A stretch of 32,000 bases of DNA from Vibrio alginolyticus NBRC 15630 = ATCC 17749 (GCF_000354175.2 NC_022359.1:1350001-1382000); one strand, 5' to 3'; shown: positions 17,478 through 25,567, counted from the first letter of the stretch. Program-made: numbers and translations. Notes: generated from the sequence alone by a model not told the origin.

Positions 17478-18176
17478 TCATTCACCTTCAATTGCCAAAC
17501 GGACTGCTGCTTGAGCATGGATAGAAGTGGTATCAAGTAGTGTAACCTCGGTGTGACTTTGGTTTACAAGTAAGGCAATTTCAGTGCACCCGAGAATCAC
17601 AGCTTCAGCTCCGTGCTCTTTTAGTTTTTCAATAATTTGCAAGTATATCGTCCTTGACTCCTCTTTGATTTCACCTTGGCATAACTCTTTATAAATAATG
17701 TTATGTACTTTAGAGCGGTCGTCTTGATCGGGAATGACGACATCAAGCCCATAACGGTCGGAAAGCCTTCCTTTATAAAAGTCTTGCTCCATTGTGAATT
17801 GAGTACCAAGGAGTCCGACCTTTTGAACCCCTTTCTCACGAAGTAACTCAGCAGTCGCGTCTGCGATATGTAGTATGGGGATATTAATACTGGCTTCAAT
17901 TTGAGGCGCAACTTTGTGCATTGTGTTAGTACAAATAAGAATGAAGTCAGCGCCCCCTTTTTCTATTGAAGATGCAGCATCAGATAGAATGCTTGCCGTT
18001 TCTTCCCATTTACCTTGATGTTGAAGTTTCTCTATCTCCGAAAAATTCACGCTATACATACAAATTTTTGCGGAATTTAGGCCGCCTAACGCCTCTTTGA
18101 CTCCTTCGTTGATCAATTTGTAATAACTAAGCGTCGACTCCCAGCTCATACCACCTAGAAGACCGATAGTTTTCAT
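17478..18176 (-). CDS. ygeA: aspartate/glutamate racemase family protein (E. coli YgeA-like)
   Basis: MKTIGLLGGMSWESTLSYYKLINEG..., ILICTNTMHKV and ILGCTEI (two catalytic Cys motifs); colinear with YgeA as I recall it. ATG at 18176 (18188 is a TTG). Confidence 0.82.
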   Translation of the reverse strand: MKTIGLLGGMSWESTLSYYKLINEGVKEALGGLNSAKICMYSVNFSEIEKLQHQGKWEETASILSDAASSIEKGGADFILICTNTMHKVAPQIEASINIPILHIADATAELLREKGVQKVGLLGTQFTMEQDFYKGRLSDRYGLDVVIPDQDDRSKVHNIIYKELCQGEIKEESRTIYLQIIEKLKEHGAEAVILGCTEIALLVNQSHTEVTLLDTTSIHAQAAVRLAIEGE

Positions 18177-18314
18177 ATAACTCTCCAATCGTTATACACC
18201 ACCGTGCCAGGGGTGTTTTTACAAAAAAATCAGCCACTTAAATAAGCAGCATTCAAGCGTCTTCACTATTGAGCATTGGGTAACACGAAAATAAAATCAT
18301 TCCCACAAGGACCG

Positions 18315-19115
18315 CTACGCGATTCTCATATATCCTCGCAATATCGTTACTGCATTTCCAGAAAGCTTAACGTGCTCAGTGCTTAACAACTCTGTATGGA
18401 CGACCCCACTTCTCTTGGAGGCTTGGAAGCCTTTCAGTTGCTTTTTGTTGAGCTCTTTAGCCCAGTAAACACATAAAGCGCAATGTGCAGAGCCTGTAAC
18501 TGGGTCCTCATTAACACCTACCCAAGGCGCGAAGTATCGAGAGACAAAATCGGCGTCAGTGCTTGATTGAGCAGTGATGACGACGCCACGGCCTTTTTGT
18601 TTAAGCAGCGCACCAAAATCAGGGTCGAGCTGTTCAAGCACAAATTCATTATTAATGACGATCAACTGCTTATTATCAAACTGAGCGTAGGCGGCTACAT
18701 TGGCGGCATCTAGCCCCAAGCCATGAAGTAAGTCTTTGTTAATACTAGCTCTCATATCTAAAGTTGGAGCAGGAAACACCAAATGAATTTCTTCATGATC
18801 GAGTTGTGCAGTTAAAACCCCGGATAGCGTAACGAACTCAATCGTATCTCCAGTATTATATAACCCCTGCTCTTTCAGAACGTGCGCCGTTGCAAGTGTG
18901 CCGTGTCCACACAAAGCAACTTCCGTCCTCGGTGTAAACCAACGAAGTTGCATTGTACTGAGTGACAGAAATGCCGTTTCAGATAACGACATCTCGGCCG
19001 CGATGGCCAACATCGTTTCCTCATCAAGGCTTGACTCTGTGATACAAACACCCGCGGGATTACCTTTGAAAACCTCTGATGTAAACGAGTCAACCTGAAA
19101 AATTTTAACTTCCAC
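18315..19115 (-). CDS. PhzF-family (phenazine biosynthesis-like) isomerase/epimerase fold protein
   Basis: GTG start with AAGGA 7 nt upstream. (M)EVKIFQVDSFTSEVFKGNPAGVC..., SETAF and DPVTGSAH motifs typical of PhzF/YddE proteins. Confidence 0.82.
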   Translation of the reverse strand: MEVKIFQVDSFTSEVFKGNPAGVCITESSLDEETMLAIAAEMSLSETAFLSLSTMQLRWFTPRTEVALCGHGTLATAHVLKEQGLYNTGDTIEFVTLSGVLTAQLDHEEIHLVFPAPTLDMRASINKDLLHGLGLDAANVAAYAQFDNKQLIVINNEFVLEQLDPDFGALLKQKGRGVVITAQSSTDADFVSRYFAPWVGVNEDPVTGSAHCALCVYWAKELNKKQLKGFQASKRSGVVHTELLSTEHVKLSGNAVTILRGYMRIA

Positions 19116-19262
19116 GAAATATCCTTAAGTTCTATCAAACACGTAATTCTGTATCACGTGATTTTTAATATCTGTTGTTTGAGCGAAAAAAACCTATGAA
19201 ATTTTCTACCAACCTTATAGGTCTTGTTGGAAGCGCTAACGAACAGGAGAATGTAGTTAATT

Positions 19263-19712
19263 ATGCAAAACGTAAAAAGCCATCATCAATGTGACTCAAT
19301 TGGATATCTTATCGGAGTTTTCGGCGTTTCTTTAGTTCTAATATGGATTGGTATTTATAAATTCACACCTACAGAGGCCAAGCTTATACAACCGCTCGTT
19401 GAAAATCATTTTCTGATGAGTTGGTTGTATGATGTGATGTCAGTTCAAGCCGTATCAAACATCATTGGCGCAACAGAAATCATTGTCGCTATTGGATTAA
19501 TCGTTGGCCTTAAAAACACACGAGTCGCTGATTTTTCTGGCATAGCCGCCGCAATTATTTTTCTTGCGACACTCAGCTTTCTAATTACGACACCGAATAC
19601 ATGGAAAGTGTCTGATGGGGTTTTGGTGACAAACTTCTTTTTAGTAAAAGATATTCTATTTTTAGCCATTGCGATTAGCGTCATCGAACGAAACAAGCCA
19701 AACAGAGAATAA
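19263..19712 (+). CDS. DUF417-family inner-membrane protein (YkgB/RclC-like)
   Basis: Four TM segments. LIWIGIYKFTPTEA and ATLSFLITTPNTW match the E. coli RclC motifs (MWIGLLKFVPYEA, VTLSFLITTPEAW) as I recall them. Confidence 0.75.
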   Translation: MQNVKSHHQCDSIGYLIGVFGVSLVLIWIGIYKFTPTEAKLIQPLVENHFLMSWLYDVMSVQAVSNIIGATEIIVAIGLIVGLKNTRVADFSGIAAAIIFLATLSFLITTPNTWKVSDGVLVTNFFLVKDILFLAIAISVIERNKPNRE

Positions 19713-19804
19713 CTCTAAATAGTTCGAAATCTTGTTTTTCCAGAACGTAGCCTGAAAGGTGCAAACGACTTACAGGTCGAATGGTTCTGTCAATAACTCT
19801 AAAC

Positions 19805-19839
19805 AAAGACTCTTAAATTTAGAATGTTTAAGAGTCTTT
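19805..19839 (+). terminator. AT-rich 13-bp hairpin downstream of the DUF417 gene (probable terminator, poor U-tract)
   Basis: AAAGACTCTTAAA-tttagaatg-TTTAAGAGTCTTT. Confidence 0.45.
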
Positions 19840-19910
19840 GCCTTCTAATGATGCGAAACAACATCCTAGCGTAAAGTGAAAAGAAAAGCCTTTCACTCTA
19901 CTGCTAAGGT

Positions 19911-20393
19911 TTATTGATACTTTGCTGAAGTAATGAACTCACCGAATGTCTCGCACCATACAACAACCGTATTGTATTCAGAAATTGAAGTGCTTTGAGG
20001 AACCTCAACAACGAAGTTATCGAACGTTTTGACATCACCAATTAAGCTCATCTCAGATTTAAGGTCATTAAACTCTTGTTCCGTTTCGACAAACTTAGGA
20101 GATAGATAGAGTTTATAGTCTGGTCCGGGAGCGAGTTTTCCTACCAACGTAATGACTTCAGAACTCAAATGAATCTCTCCCTCTCCCCAATGAAAAGCAT
20201 CGCTACCTTTGAGTTCCCTCTTAAACACTGCGCTGTATTCTGCACCTTGCTTGCTCTTAGCAACTTGTTCATCGGTCGGCGCAGGTGGTGCAATAAGGAT
20301 CGGTAAAGTATAGATACCTATCGCAATGCCAATAGAAACTGCCACTAAGTGACTGATTGTTAATTTAATTATATTTTTCAAGGTCATAAGCAT
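19911..20393 (-). CDS. membrane-anchored DM13-domain protein
   Basis: N-terminal TM anchor (LTISHLVAVSIGIAIGIYTLPILIA). DM13-like pattern ...FHWGEGEIHL...GKLAPGPDYKLYLS...YNTVVVWCETFGEFITSAKY. Start uncertain: ATG at 20393 or 20387; the track start at 20429 is a TTG. Confidence 0.7.
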   Translation of the reverse strand: MLMTLKNIIKLTISHLVAVSIGIAIGIYTLPILIAPPAPTDEQVAKSKQGAEYSAVFKRELKGSDAFHWGEGEIHLSSEVITLVGKLAPGPDYKLYLSPKFVETEQEFNDLKSEMSLIGDVKTFDNFVVEVPQSTSISEYNTVVVWCETFGEFITSAKYQ

Positions 20394-20517
20394 CTTCTTA
20401 TTAGTTTTACTACTTGAAATTAGATTCAAATCGGCCTTATCTGTCTATTATCGAGCAGCATAATGTCATTAACATTATACACAAGCTATGCGCACTAAAT
20501 GCAGACTGAGCGCAATT

Positions 20518-20548
20518 AAAAACGGCTGATAATTAATATCAGCCGTTT
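20518..20548 (-). terminator. rho-independent terminator of the fdh-like gene
   Basis: On the minus strand: AAACGGCTGATA-ttaat-TATCAGCCGTTT followed by more T residues. 12-bp stem, 35 nt after the stop. Confidence 0.85.
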
Positions 20549-20582
20549 GCTTATCGGAAATGTCGTTGTGCCGGTTTGGTCA

Positions 20583-22907
20583 CTATTCCGCTTCCACCAA
20601 AGCGATCTTATCGGATGTCGATTTTTCCAATTTTATCGCAATAAACTTAGAGGTTGGCGTAAACGTTCTATCCCCATAACTGTCCAAAGGAACTAATGGG
20701 TTTGTTTCTGGATAGTAAGCCGCCGCCTGACCTGCTGGTACATCATAGGCAACAAGCGTAAATCCGCTCACACGGCGCTCAACGCCATCTTCCCACAATG
20801 ACACCATGTCCACTTTGTCGCCCGGTTCAAAACCGAGTTTACGAATATCCGCTTCATTGATAAACAGCACTTCGCGCATACCAAATACTCCACGATAACG
20901 GTCATTCAAGCCGTAAAGTGTCGTATTGTATTGGTCGTGTGAGCGCATGGTTTGCAAGATCAAATCTGGCTTTTGGCCTTTTTCGAGTATCGCTTCGCTG
21001 ATCAACTGCTTCGGCAACTCGCTAGAGCTGAACTGTGCTTTGCCGCTTGGTGTATTCCATCGACGCTCAGCAGCTGGGTTTACCAAGTGGAATCCACCCG
21101 GGTGTTTAAGCTTATGGTTAAAGTCGGTAAAGCCCGGAATCGTGTCGGCAATCAAATCGCGAATACGGTCGTAATCTTCAATCGCCCACAACCAATCAAT
21201 TGGTTTTGCCCCGAGTGTAGCATTGGCAATACCGGCAATAATCGCTGGTTCTGAACGCAAATGCTCCGAACGCGGTTTTAGCTGACCAAATGAGATATGC
21301 ACCATGCTGAAAGTATCTTCAACCGTCACGCCTTGTGGGCCAGTTGCTTGCTGATCAATCTCGGTACGGCCTAAGCACGGAAGAATAAGCGCATCTTTAC
21401 CTGTGACAAGGTGAGAACGATTTAACTTCGTCGAAATGTGTACGGTTAAATTACAGTTTCGCATCGCGTTGTGCGTACGTTCTGTGTCTGGCGTTGCTTG
21501 TGCAAAGTTACCGCCCAAACCGATAAATACTTTCGCTTGCCCTTCTTCCATCGCTTTAATGGCTTGCACAGTGTTGTGGCCTTCACCGCGCGGGACGGCA
21601 AAGTTAAATCGACTTTCAATGCGATCCAACAACAGATCTGAAGGTTTTTCATCAATGCCCATCGTACGGTCGCCCTGAACGTTACTGTGACCACGTACTG
21701 GTGAAAGACCCGCGCCCGGCTTACCAACGTTACCTCGTAACATTTGCACGTTTGCGACTTCTTTAATGGTTGGTACAGAGTGACGATGCTGAGTCAACCC
21801 CATCGCCCAACACATGATCACACGTTCTGCACGTCGATACATGCTCGCCACCATCTCGATTTCACTTAAATCAAGACCCGATTGTTCCGTGATGTGTTCC
21901 CAAGCGGTTGCGTCCACTTCAGCCAAATAGTCATCTATACCTATCGTGTGCTGCTTGATGAATTCACGGTCAAATACCGCTTTGCCACCGTTTTGCAATG
22001 CCTCGCGTTCCCATTGCAACAAGAATTTCGCGATGCCACGAAATACTGCCATGTCTCCGCCCAAAGCAGGACGCAGGTACGCCGTGTTTGTAGGCTCTGA
22101 GCCGTTACTCAACATCTCAATCGGCATTTGTGGGTTTTGGAAACGCTCTAATCCGCGCTCTTTCAGCGGGTTTAGACAGATAACCTGAGCACCACGTTTT
22201 ACCGCTTCGCGCAGAGGTTCAAGCATTCGTGGGTGATTCGTGCCCGGGTTTTGACCAATCACAAAAATCGCGTCGGCTTCTTCAAAATCATCAAAGATCA
22301 CTGTGCCTTTACCAACGCCAATGGTGTCTTTCATCCCGATTGCACTGGCTTCGTGACACATGTTGGAACAATCTGGGAAGTTGTTGGTACCGAATGCGCG
22401 CACAAATAGCTGATATAAAAACGCCGCTTCGTTGCTTGCACGGCCAGAGGTATAAAACTCCGCTTGGTGTGGTGAATCCAATTGGTTGAGATGTTTAGCC
22501 ACAAGAGAAAAAGCCTCATCCCAAGAGACAGGCACATAGTGGTCGGATTCAGCATCGTATCGCATTGGGTGCGTGATACGGCCTTGGTATTCCAACCAGT
22601 AATCGGTTTGAGTTGAGAGAGAAGAAACGCTGTGATTGGAAAAAAACTCAGGATCAACCAGACGATTAGTCGCCTCCCAGTTTACCGCTTTCGCGCCATT
22701 CTCACAGAAATTGACTTTACCACTATCTGGCGACTCACCCCATGCACATCCCGGGCAGTCGAAACCGCCATTTTGGTTGGTTTTGAGCATAGTGCGAATG
22801 TTTTTAACTGCATTTTCACTGCCCCACCAACTTCTGGTTACGGCTTTCAGTGCACCCCAACCACCAGCTGGACCTTTGTATGTTTTTATTTGTTCTTTTT
22901 GGCTCAC
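20583..22907 (-). CDS. YdeP/FdhF-family molybdopterin oxidoreductase (formate dehydrogenase-like alpha subunit, Cys-type)
   Basis: 774 aa. GTG start with GAGGAG 7 nt upstream. N-terminal GGFDCPGCAWGE...FCENG Cys cluster and a putative Mo-ligand region FPDCSNMCHEAS. Uninterrupted ORF, so no in-frame UGA. fdhD is nearby. Confidence 0.88.
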   Translation of the reverse strand: MSQKEQIKTYKGPAGGWGALKAVTRSWWGSENAVKNIRTMLKTNQNGGFDCPGCAWGESPDSGKVNFCENGAKAVNWEATNRLVDPEFFSNHSVSSLSTQTDYWLEYQGRITHPMRYDAESDHYVPVSWDEAFSLVAKHLNQLDSPHQAEFYTSGRASNEAAFLYQLFVRAFGTNNFPDCSNMCHEASAIGMKDTIGVGKGTVIFDDFEEADAIFVIGQNPGTNHPRMLEPLREAVKRGAQVICLNPLKERGLERFQNPQMPIEMLSNGSEPTNTAYLRPALGGDMAVFRGIAKFLLQWEREALQNGGKAVFDREFIKQHTIGIDDYLAEVDATAWEHITEQSGLDLSEIEMVASMYRRAERVIMCWAMGLTQHRHSVPTIKEVANVQMLRGNVGKPGAGLSPVRGHSNVQGDRTMGIDEKPSDLLLDRIESRFNFAVPRGEGHNTVQAIKAMEEGQAKVFIGLGGNFAQATPDTERTHNAMRNCNLTVHISTKLNRSHLVTGKDALILPCLGRTEIDQQATGPQGVTVEDTFSMVHISFGQLKPRSEHLRSEPAIIAGIANATLGAKPIDWLWAIEDYDRIRDLIADTIPGFTDFNHKLKHPGGFHLVNPAAERRWNTPSGKAQFSSSELPKQLISEAILEKGQKPDLILQTMRSHDQYNTTLYGLNDRYRGVFGMREVLFINEADIRKLGFEPGDKVDMVSLWEDGVERRVSGFTLVAYDVPAGQAAAYYPETNPLVPLDSYGDRTFTPTSKFIAIKLEKSTSDKIALVEAE

Positions 22908-23146
22908 GACTTTACTCCTCGCAGATATACCAGCAAGCAGGGTGCCCGTGAAAACAAGCGCGTTATTTATTGAGATAATGCGGAAGTATTGAAGGGCTTA
23001 GTTTCTAATCCATGTATTTTTTAATCCAAATAAGTAACCACTCAACATGCTCTCGCTTGTCCGAGCGTTTACTTATCTAGATTCTTGATATCGGATACCC
23101 GCCTACTGTTTCTAAGACTGGTAGATTCAATTCGCATTGTTGCGTC

Positions 23147-23160
23147 TTGATCTAAATCAA
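23147..23160. promoter_or_regulatory. FNR box, perfect consensus (TTGATCTAAATCAA)
   Basis: Centred 246 nt upstream of the fdh-like GTG, in the 666-bp divergent intergenic region. Confidence 0.75.
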
Positions 23161-23347
23161 AGATTAAGTCGTTATTCAATATGCGTCCAATTGATAATCC
23201 TGACCGAGTGATAAACAAAATCTATGACGAATTTTTCCACTGACGGTCATAACATTTTTAATCAATACAATTTATGAGGTTAATCGTTTTCCCATCCGAT
23301 TCCACCTAGTTCGCTTAACGAGCTCAATAAAATCGGTACTCTTGATA

Positions 23348-23375
23348 ATAGATAATATCTATCACACTATAGATA
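23348..23375. promoter_or_regulatory. candidate LysR-type (T-N11-A) operator: three ATAGATA/TATCTAT half-sites
   Basis: ATAGATA-a-TATCTAT is a perfect 15-bp palindrome whose inner TAGATAATATCTA fits T-N11-A. The same TATCTAT also pairs with ATAGATA 6 nt further on (23369-23375). Confidence 0.5.
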
Positions 23376-23411
23376 CTTTAAATTTGACCCTAATTAATAT
23401 CAGGAATAGCC

Positions 23412-23425
23412 TTGATTCAGATCAA
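23412..23425. promoter_or_regulatory. FNR box, perfect consensus (TTGATTCAGATCAA)
   Basis: Centred 155 nt upstream of the LysR-family gene ATG. Confidence 0.75.
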
Positions 23426-23573
23426 TTTTGAGTGTGGTTTTATTCTTGACTTGGTTTTGGTTTTTCATTCCCCAGTTAAAACGCTCCAGCGCTTAAAAAG
23501 TACGGTAGTGCTGTGGCCTTTTTAGGGAGTTCCCCCGTACATGTGACTCACAACGCAAGGTTAACAAGCCATT

Positions 23574-24458
23574 ATGGATATCAAACAACTTAAATATCTC
23601 ATCGCACTTGAACAGACCAAACACTTTGGTCAAGCCGCCGCATTGTGCCACATTACGCAGCCTACTTTGTCCATGAGAATCCGAAGCTTAGAGGAAGAGC
23701 TCGATCTCGAATTAATCCAAAGAAGTCAAAGATTTGAAGGATTTACTGAAGCCGGAGAACGCATTTTAGCTTGGGCAAAAACCGTCTTAGCAGCTCATGA
23801 TGGATTGCAAGCCGAAGCCGCCAACTGCCGTGGTCAGTTGGTAGGCTCTCTTCGGCTTGGAATGGTGCCACTCGCCAGCCAAAACCCTATGCAATTGCTT
23901 AAACCATTAGCTCAACAGTTCCCTGAGTTACGCTTTCAAATACTCTCCATGACGACCGAACAGATCATAGACCAACTCAATCGCAATCAACTTGATTTGG
24001 GGATGTGTTATGTCGATCAAGTCAACACCGCTTACTTCGATGTTATCGAACTAGATTCAACCAAACTTGGCGTTTTATTCGATGAGCGTCATTTTGATTT
24101 TGCCGAATCTGAAGTGTTGTGGGAGTCACTCAATAACATTCCGCTAGGGCTGCTTTCGAAGGGCATGCACTATCGCCACTCCATTGATCTTAGCTTTGTG
24201 AGTAAAGGGCTGGTTCCGCAAACCGTCATTGAAAGTAACTCCACCTTTCACTTGATCCAAGCAGTAGCCAGTGGCCTTTGTTGCGCCATTATGCCGCTGA
24301 ATTGTGGATTGGAAGAGTTGAACGATACGCTTCGCATTATCCCTATCGAAGAAGCCGCCGTTCACGCCCCGCTAGGTTTGTTAAAGCGAAAACAAGAACC
24401 CTTCTCCGCGCTAACCGATCAGTGCTTCGCAGAAGCAAAAAACATATTCAATCGATAA
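23574..24458 (+). CDS. LysR-family transcriptional regulator
   Basis: N-terminal HTH MDIKQLKYLIALEQTKHFGQAAALCHITQPTLSMRIRSLEEEL plus a periplasmic-binding-protein-like effector domain. Divergent from the fdh-like gene and upstream of fdhD. Confidence 0.9.
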   Translation: MDIKQLKYLIALEQTKHFGQAAALCHITQPTLSMRIRSLEEELDLELIQRSQRFEGFTEAGERILAWAKTVLAAHDGLQAEAANCRGQLVGSLRLGMVPLASQNPMQLLKPLAQQFPELRFQILSMTTEQIIDQLNRNQLDLGMCYVDQVNTAYFDVIELDSTKLGVLFDERHFDFAESEVLWESLNNIPLGLLSKGMHYRHSIDLSFVSKGLVPQTVIESNSTFHLIQAVASGLCCAIMPLNCGLEELNDTLRIIPIEEAAVHAPLGLLKRKQEPFSALTDQCFAEAKNIFNR

Positions 24459-24511
24459 CAAGAATCCACACGTCAATTTTTGGCATACATAACGGCTTAT
24501 GAGGTGATTTC

Positions 24512-25342
24512 ATGAGATGTACTACTCAATCTTATTTAGAACTGTCCGATTTCAATCAAGCACCACCTCAACCAAGTGCGTTCAATTACCGAGAATTGAT
24601 TGATGGCCGCCCAGTGCAACAAATGTCGCTGGCGAGTGAATCCGCCTTAGCTATCAGCTTTAACGGCATTAGCCAAGCGGTCATGATGGTGACGCCAGGC
24701 CATCTGGAAGACTTCGTGAAAGGATTTAGCCTAAGCACAGGCATCGTCCACGATTTCAAAGAGATTAAAGACATTGAAATTGGTGGCGATCACGAATCTC
24801 ACTATGCGGAAGTGGAAATCAGCAACCGCGCTTTCTGGGCGTTAAAAACACAGCGCCGAAATCTTGCCGGCACAACCGGATGCGGCATTTGTGGTGTAGA
24901 GGCTCTGGAACAAGCTTTGCCTGATTTGGCACCGCTAACACCGTCTCTTCCTCCGCGCTCCGATGTATTCGAAGGGCTGCGAGACAAAGTCGCACTGCAT
25001 CAAGAAGCCGCACGTGAATCTGGCGCGTTACACGCCGCTTTATTTGCAGATTTACAAGGCAACATCAAGTTGTGCCGAGAGGACATCGGCCGTCACAACG
25101 CGCTAGATAAGTTGATTGGCGCATTGACCAACAATCACATCGAGCCTCAAAGTGGCTTCGCAATCATGACAAGCCGTTGCAGCTTGGAGTTGATCCACAA
25201 AGCCGTTCGCGCGCGTATCCCCACTCTGGTTTGCTTATCTGCGCCTACAGCGTTAACTGTCGAATGGGCAAGAAGAAACCATTTGAACCTAATTCACTTG
25301 CCAAAACACGGCTCGCCGCGTCTATACAGCCCTGCGCCTTAA
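24512..25342 (+). CDS. fdhD: formate dehydrogenase accessory sulfurtransferase FdhD
   Basis: 276 aa. Motifs GTTGCGICG and DIGRHNALDKLIG are typical of FdhD. GAGGTG lies 6 nt upstream. Confidence 0.9.
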   Translation: MRCTTQSYLELSDFNQAPPQPSAFNYRELIDGRPVQQMSLASESALAISFNGISQAVMMVTPGHLEDFVKGFSLSTGIVHDFKEIKDIEIGGDHESHYAEVEISNRAFWALKTQRRNLAGTTGCGICGVEALEQALPDLAPLTPSLPPRSDVFEGLRDKVALHQEAARESGALHAALFADLQGNIKLCREDIGRHNALDKLIGALTNNHIEPQSGFAIMTSRCSLELIHKAVRARIPTLVCLSAPTALTVEWARRNHLNLIHLPKHGSPRLYSPAP

Positions 25343-25377
25343 CACGTCAACCTAGCCGAATTCCTAATATTTCTAAC

Positions 25378-25407
25378 GGAGACCTCTGGGTCTCTGTTGT
25401 TTGTTTC
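25378..25407 (+). terminator. rho-independent terminator after fdhD
   Basis: GGAGACC-tctg-GGTCTCT followed by GTTGTTTGTTTC. Confidence 0.7.
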
Positions 25408-25567
25408 TCATTCGCGATTGATAGCTAGCAACGAGACACTATTCTTCCAACCAAACGTACTCACCCCTTGTCAGCACTAAGCTTGCGTATATTAACCTGC
25501 TTGCATTTGAACGCTTTCCAATCCGATAAGAAACCAGTCAAAAACCCATAAATTAGTAAGGATTTTG

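Noticed and set aside
19713-19910. Integron attC/VCR-type recombination site downstream of the DUF417 gene
   Set aside because: There are no RYYYAAC/GTTRRRY core sites with the expected imperfect long dyad, there is no resemblance to the Vibrio VCR sequence as I recall it, and no integrase is nearby.
20583-22907. Selenocysteine (in-frame UGA) in the formate-dehydrogenase-like gene
   Set aside because: The ORF is uninterrupted and the position expected for the Mo ligand reads Cys (NMCHEAS). No SECIS-type recoding is needed.
20926-22992. Several 72-118 aa ORFs on both strands within the fdh-like gene (e.g. 20952..21254, 22331..22657, 22632..22973, 22636..22992)
   Set aside because: All lie inside or antisense to a 774-aa conserved molybdoenzyme ORF. 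They have no independent signals, and the two that extend past 22907 simply read through the promoter-proximal region.
22908-23112. Possible Moco riboswitch in the leader of the molybdoenzyme gene
   Set aside because: The conserved elements I remember from the Moco motif (CCGAG-type junction, GCCUCC, AAAGGAG overlapping the RBS) are not present on the minus strand. A CCGAG occurs only on the wrong (plus) strand. This needs a covariance-model scan before any claim.
25418-25431. FNR-like site TTGATAGCTAGCAA (9/10 match) just after the fdhD terminator
   Set aside because: About one 9/10 match is expected by chance in 32 kb. It sits about 330 bp from uhpT with no compatible promoter geometry.
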